This document shows, one piece after another, positions 61,011-64,000 of a stretch of DNA of 64,000 bases. The stretch's first letter is position 1; every line of letters begins with the position of its first letter. Source of the DNA: Arenicellales bacterium (GTDB lineage Bacteria; Pseudomonadota; Gammaproteobacteria; Arenicellales; JAJDZL01); contig OZ253563.1 of the NCBI GenBank assembly GCA_965262855.1, positions 424,914 to 488,913 of the forward strand, in the 5' to 3' direction. A program made the translations under genes and the position numbers. The notes below the pieces were generated by a model that saw only the letters and a program-made list of their open reading frames with translations, ran no database searches and was not told where the DNA came from.

Positions 61011-62213
61011 TTAAATTACCGCTTTCTCGACAAAGGCCTCACCCCGTACAATCCTATCATATCCAAGTTGGGAAAGATCTAGAGTCTTAAATTTTCCATA
61101 AATTATCCATTCTGCGATTCCGCGCCCGACTGCAGGAGATTGCTGCAGACCGTGTCCGGAGAATCCGTTGGCAAATATGAAATTTCGAACCTCATTATGC
61201 GGACCGGCAATGGCATTTTGATCTAAGGTGTTGTATTCATAGTGACCAGCCCAGAAGTTTACCAGTTTAATCGCTTCAAAATTTTCCGCACGCCTAGCGA
61301 GATTCATCCATATTATTTCAAACTCATTGTGGCAGGGTTCGAAATCATTCCAGTCCACAGCGGGGTCATGGTCAGGTGTAGTACCGGCCAGGAAACACGT
61401 TCCTTCCGGACGGCAGAATGTACCCGAGGGATCAATCATCAGCGGCAATTGACCGCCGTTAACCGTTGCCGTCCCTTGTGGAGTCTGAGCACACTGAAAA
61501 ACAAACAGCGTTCGCTTTCGTGGCTCTACTGGTAGTGTAAGGTCAGCCATAGTTGCTGTTTTGGATGCGTAGGTACCGGTAGCATTTACGAGCACCCCGC
61601 AACCGACGCGACTACTGCTTGCGAGCTTCACACCTGTGATTCTGTCAGCGTAGCGGTCAATTGCTACTACTTCGTCGATGAGATAGTCTGCGCCCTGCGC
61701 TCTTGCTTTCTTTCTAAATCCGTTCATCAAGCCGGTGTTGGAAAACCAGCCTTCGCCGGATCGCCCATAGCTGGCGAGTTGCAGATCGTCTACGTTTAAA
61801 TGAGGAAATGCAGCTTTTACTTCCTCTGCATTCCACAGCACTACGTCAGCTTGACAGCTCTTTTGGACTTCATGATTGTGTCGTAGAATTTGTGCTTGTC
61901 TATCAGTGGTCGCCAGAAAAAGATAGCCACCTTCATGGAAGCCCAGATCAGGTCGATCGTCATCCACTTTCATGGCGTAAGAAAATTCACGTATGAATTG
62001 GCTGCCAAACTGTCCAATTTGCACATTGATTCGATTTGAAAACTGGTGTCGTATCGAACTGGAACTCAGCGACGTGGCTGCTTTCGCAAATGTAGGGTCC
62101 TTTTCAAAGATGGCAACTGTTCCCTTGAAGTCGGAGTTCTTCGTCAAAAAATATGCGACAGAGCTACCAATTGCAGCACCTCCGATAATGATTACATCAT
62201 AGTGGTTTCTCAC
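61011..62213 (-). CDS. FAD-dependent oxidoreductase (DAO/DadA family)
   Basis: IIGGAAIG, SIRHQFS, WAGHYEYNTLDQNA, NGFSGHGLQQSPAVG. Confidence 0.9.
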   Translation of the reverse strand: MRNHYDVIIIGGAAIGSSVAYFLTKNSDFKGTVAIFEKDPTFAKAATSLSSSSIRHQFSNRINVQIGQFGSQFIREFSYAMKVDDDRPDLGFHEGGYLFLATTDRQAQILRHNHEVQKSCQADVVLWNAEEVKAAFPHLNVDDLQLASYGRSGEGWFSNTGLMNGFRKKARAQGADYLIDEVVAIDRYADRITGVKLASSSRVGCGVLVNATGTYASKTATMADLTLPVEPRKRTLFVFQCAQTPQGTATVNGGQLPLMIDPSGTFCRPEGTCFLAGTTPDHDPAVDWNDFEPCHNEFEIIWMNLARRAENFEAIKLVNFWAGHYEYNTLDQNAIAGPHNEVRNFIFANGFSGHGLQQSPAVGRGIAEWIIYGKFKTLDLSQLGYDRIVRGEAFVEKAVI

Positions 62214-63025
62214 TCATTCGTCTCATCTTCTGGATGACCGAGCTCGCAGAACCAACCACCGAGGTACTTCACACCCGGGGAGTTTGGGTCAGGTTTAGTC
62301 GTTTCAGATTTTATTCGGTCTCGAAAGGCTTCAGTATTGTCCTGCGGCTGAAAGCCGATATGTTCTGCCTTTCGGTTATTCACTGGCTTCAGGCGATTGT
62401 CCGATATGCCGAATGCAATCGTATGTCCTACGCGTGGCGCCGTCAGACCGCGTGCTACGTATTGAACGCAGTCGCGAAATGATAGCCAACTCCAAAGCAT
62501 GCGCTGGTCTGTAGGTTCTGGAAAGGAAGAAAATATTCGCAAACACAAGGTTTCAATTCCAAATTTATCCCAGTAAAGTCGGCTCAAGCTCTCGACAAAG
62601 TTTTTTGACACGCCATACAAACTATCTGGGCGTACCGGACTGTCCGCGTCAATGTGAGCTTCTAGTTTGTGGTACCCTATCGAATGGACTGAGGAAGCAT
62701 AAATCACGCGGGGAACACGATTTTTACGGGCGCCTTCGTAGATATGGTAGGAGCCTCGGATATTGCTGTCGAGAATTGATTCGAAGTTCGACTCCAGCGC
62801 TACTCCACCAAAATGGACAATTGCATCAACATTCCGAGTTACCTCCATCACGGCAGAATAATTGCCCAATTCGCAGGTGAACACTTCCTCATTCGGTGCG
62901 GCATCAGTTATATCCACCCGATCAGAAATGCGAAGGTGCTCAGTCAAAGGCATGAGCCCTTTGCGAAGCTGTCTTCCAAGCTGTCCGGCGGCACCTGTGA
63001 TAAGAATTCTATTGAAAGTTTTCAT
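62210..63025 (-). CDS. NAD-dependent epimerase/dehydrogenase (uronate dehydrogenase-like)
   Basis: TGAAGQLG, YASSVH, RPDSLYGVSK, LRIFSSFPEP. Confidence 0.88.
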   Translation of the reverse strand: MKTFNRILITGAAGQLGRQLRKGLMPLTEHLRISDRVDITDAAPNEEVFTCELGNYSAVMEVTRNVDAIVHFGGVALESNFESILDSNIRGSYHIYEGARKNRVPRVIYASSVHSIGYHKLEAHIDADSPVRPDSLYGVSKNFVESLSRLYWDKFGIETLCLRIFSSFPEPTDQRMLWSWLSFRDCVQYVARGLTAPRVGHTIAFGISDNRLKPVNNRKAEHIGFQPQDNTEAFRDRIKSETTKPDPNSPGVKYLGGWFCELGHPEDETNE

Positions 63026-64000
63026 GTGTAATTTGGCTCCAATCGATCTATCGCAGCTTCGATTCGGTCTATAGCGGCCAAGAGTGAATCGTCAGAAGCG
63101 GCGGTCGAGATGCGAAAATACGGAGATAGTCCGTATGCACTCCCGGGGACTGCGGCAATGCGCGCTTCATCCAGTAAAAACTTAGTGAAAACATCATCGT
63201 CGGTCAGATGTATTCCATTCGGCGTACGTTTACCGATGTGAGCGGAACAGTTGATGTAAGCATAGAATGCTCCGGCTGGTGGTATCAATATAAGTCCATC
63301 GATGGCGTTGATGCGATCAACAACGAGATTGCGACGGTATTCAAACTTCGATCTGAATTGTCCTACTTCCTCCTGTGAACCAGTCAGTGCTACGACAGCC
63401 GCAAATTGTGCAACAGAGCAAGCATTTGTTGTAGACTGGCTTTGAACGACTGTCATTCCGTGAATCAGTTCCGAGGGTCCTGCGCCGAATCCAATTCGCC
63501 AACCCGTCATCGCATACGCTTTAGACACGCCATTGACAATTAGCGTTCGGCCTCGCAACTGCGGACACACCGCACCGAAAGATGAATAAGTCAAATTATC
63601 AAATAGCACATGTTCATAGATTTCATCAGAAAGAATCAGCACCTGTGGATGGCTGGCAAGCACTTCGCCAAGCGACTGCAATTCTTCGTCGTCATATACA
63701 GCACCCGACGGATTGCTAGGCGAATTCAAAATCAGCCATTTTGTATTTGGTGTAATAGCATCTTCCAACATCTGAGGTGTCAATTTGAACCCCGAGGAAT
63801 GTTGACATTCTATGGCTACTGGTATGCCACCAAGAATTCTTGTCACATCAGGATATGAAACGAAATACGGCGCCGCCATGATCACTTCATCGTTGCTTTC
63901 GAGTGTCGCCATCAACGCGTTAAATATGACCTGTTTAGCACCGTTGGACACTATGATCTCATCCATAGAAAATTCCAATCCATTGTCTCGTTTGAATTTC
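63022..64000 (-). CDS. Class I PLP aminotransferase (aspartate aminotransferase-like), 5' end outside the window
   Basis: GAKQ, NSPSNPSG, SDEIY, NGVSKAYAMTGWRIG; frame is open to the window edge. Confidence 0.92.
   Translation of the reverse strand, partial: KFKRDNGLEFSMDEIIVSNGAKQVIFNALMATLESNDEVIMAAPYFVSYPDVTRILGGIPVAIECQHSSGFKLTPQMLEDAITPNTKWLILNSPSNPSGAVYDDEELQSLGEVLASHPQVLILSDEIYEHVLFDNLTYSSFGAVCPQLRGRTLIVNGVSKAYAMTGWRIGFGAGPSELIHGMTVVQSQSTTNACSVAQFAAVVALTGSQEEVGQFRSKFEYRRNLVVDRINAIDGLILIPPAGAFYAYINCSAHIGKRTPNGIHLTDDDVFTKFLLDEARIAAVPGSAYGLSPYFRISTAASDDSLLAAIDRIEAAIDRLEPNYT

Overview
A proteobacterial-type chromosomal window dominated by organic N/S catabolism and transport genes. These include three ABC importers, a DddP-like M24 enzyme, an N,N-dimethylformamidase large-subunit homolog, an ALDH/DUF1116/amidase/deacylase operon, a Rieske-aminotransferase-ThDP decarboxylase operon and soxBDAG, plus tRNA-Ala(CGC). 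Two accessory blocks stand out. (1) A defence locus at 13.0-22.6 kb: a type I R-M operon hsdM-HEPN-[MNT::hsdS fusion]-KAP NTPase-hsdR. Downstream sits a second HEPN-MNT pair that still carries an hsdM-like tail and lies between ~226-bp direct repeats of the ALDH 5' end. (2) A nested IS stack at 46.3-54.3 kb: an IS1634-family element with a 507-bp target duplication, a DUF4338(DruA-like)::ISAs1 fusion element inserted in one repeat copy, and an IS21 element inserted in the IS1634 transposase. A candidate structured RNA leader (58.0-58.15 kb, minus strand) and several pseudogenes are also present. All calls come from manual motif reading and hand alignment; no database searches were run.
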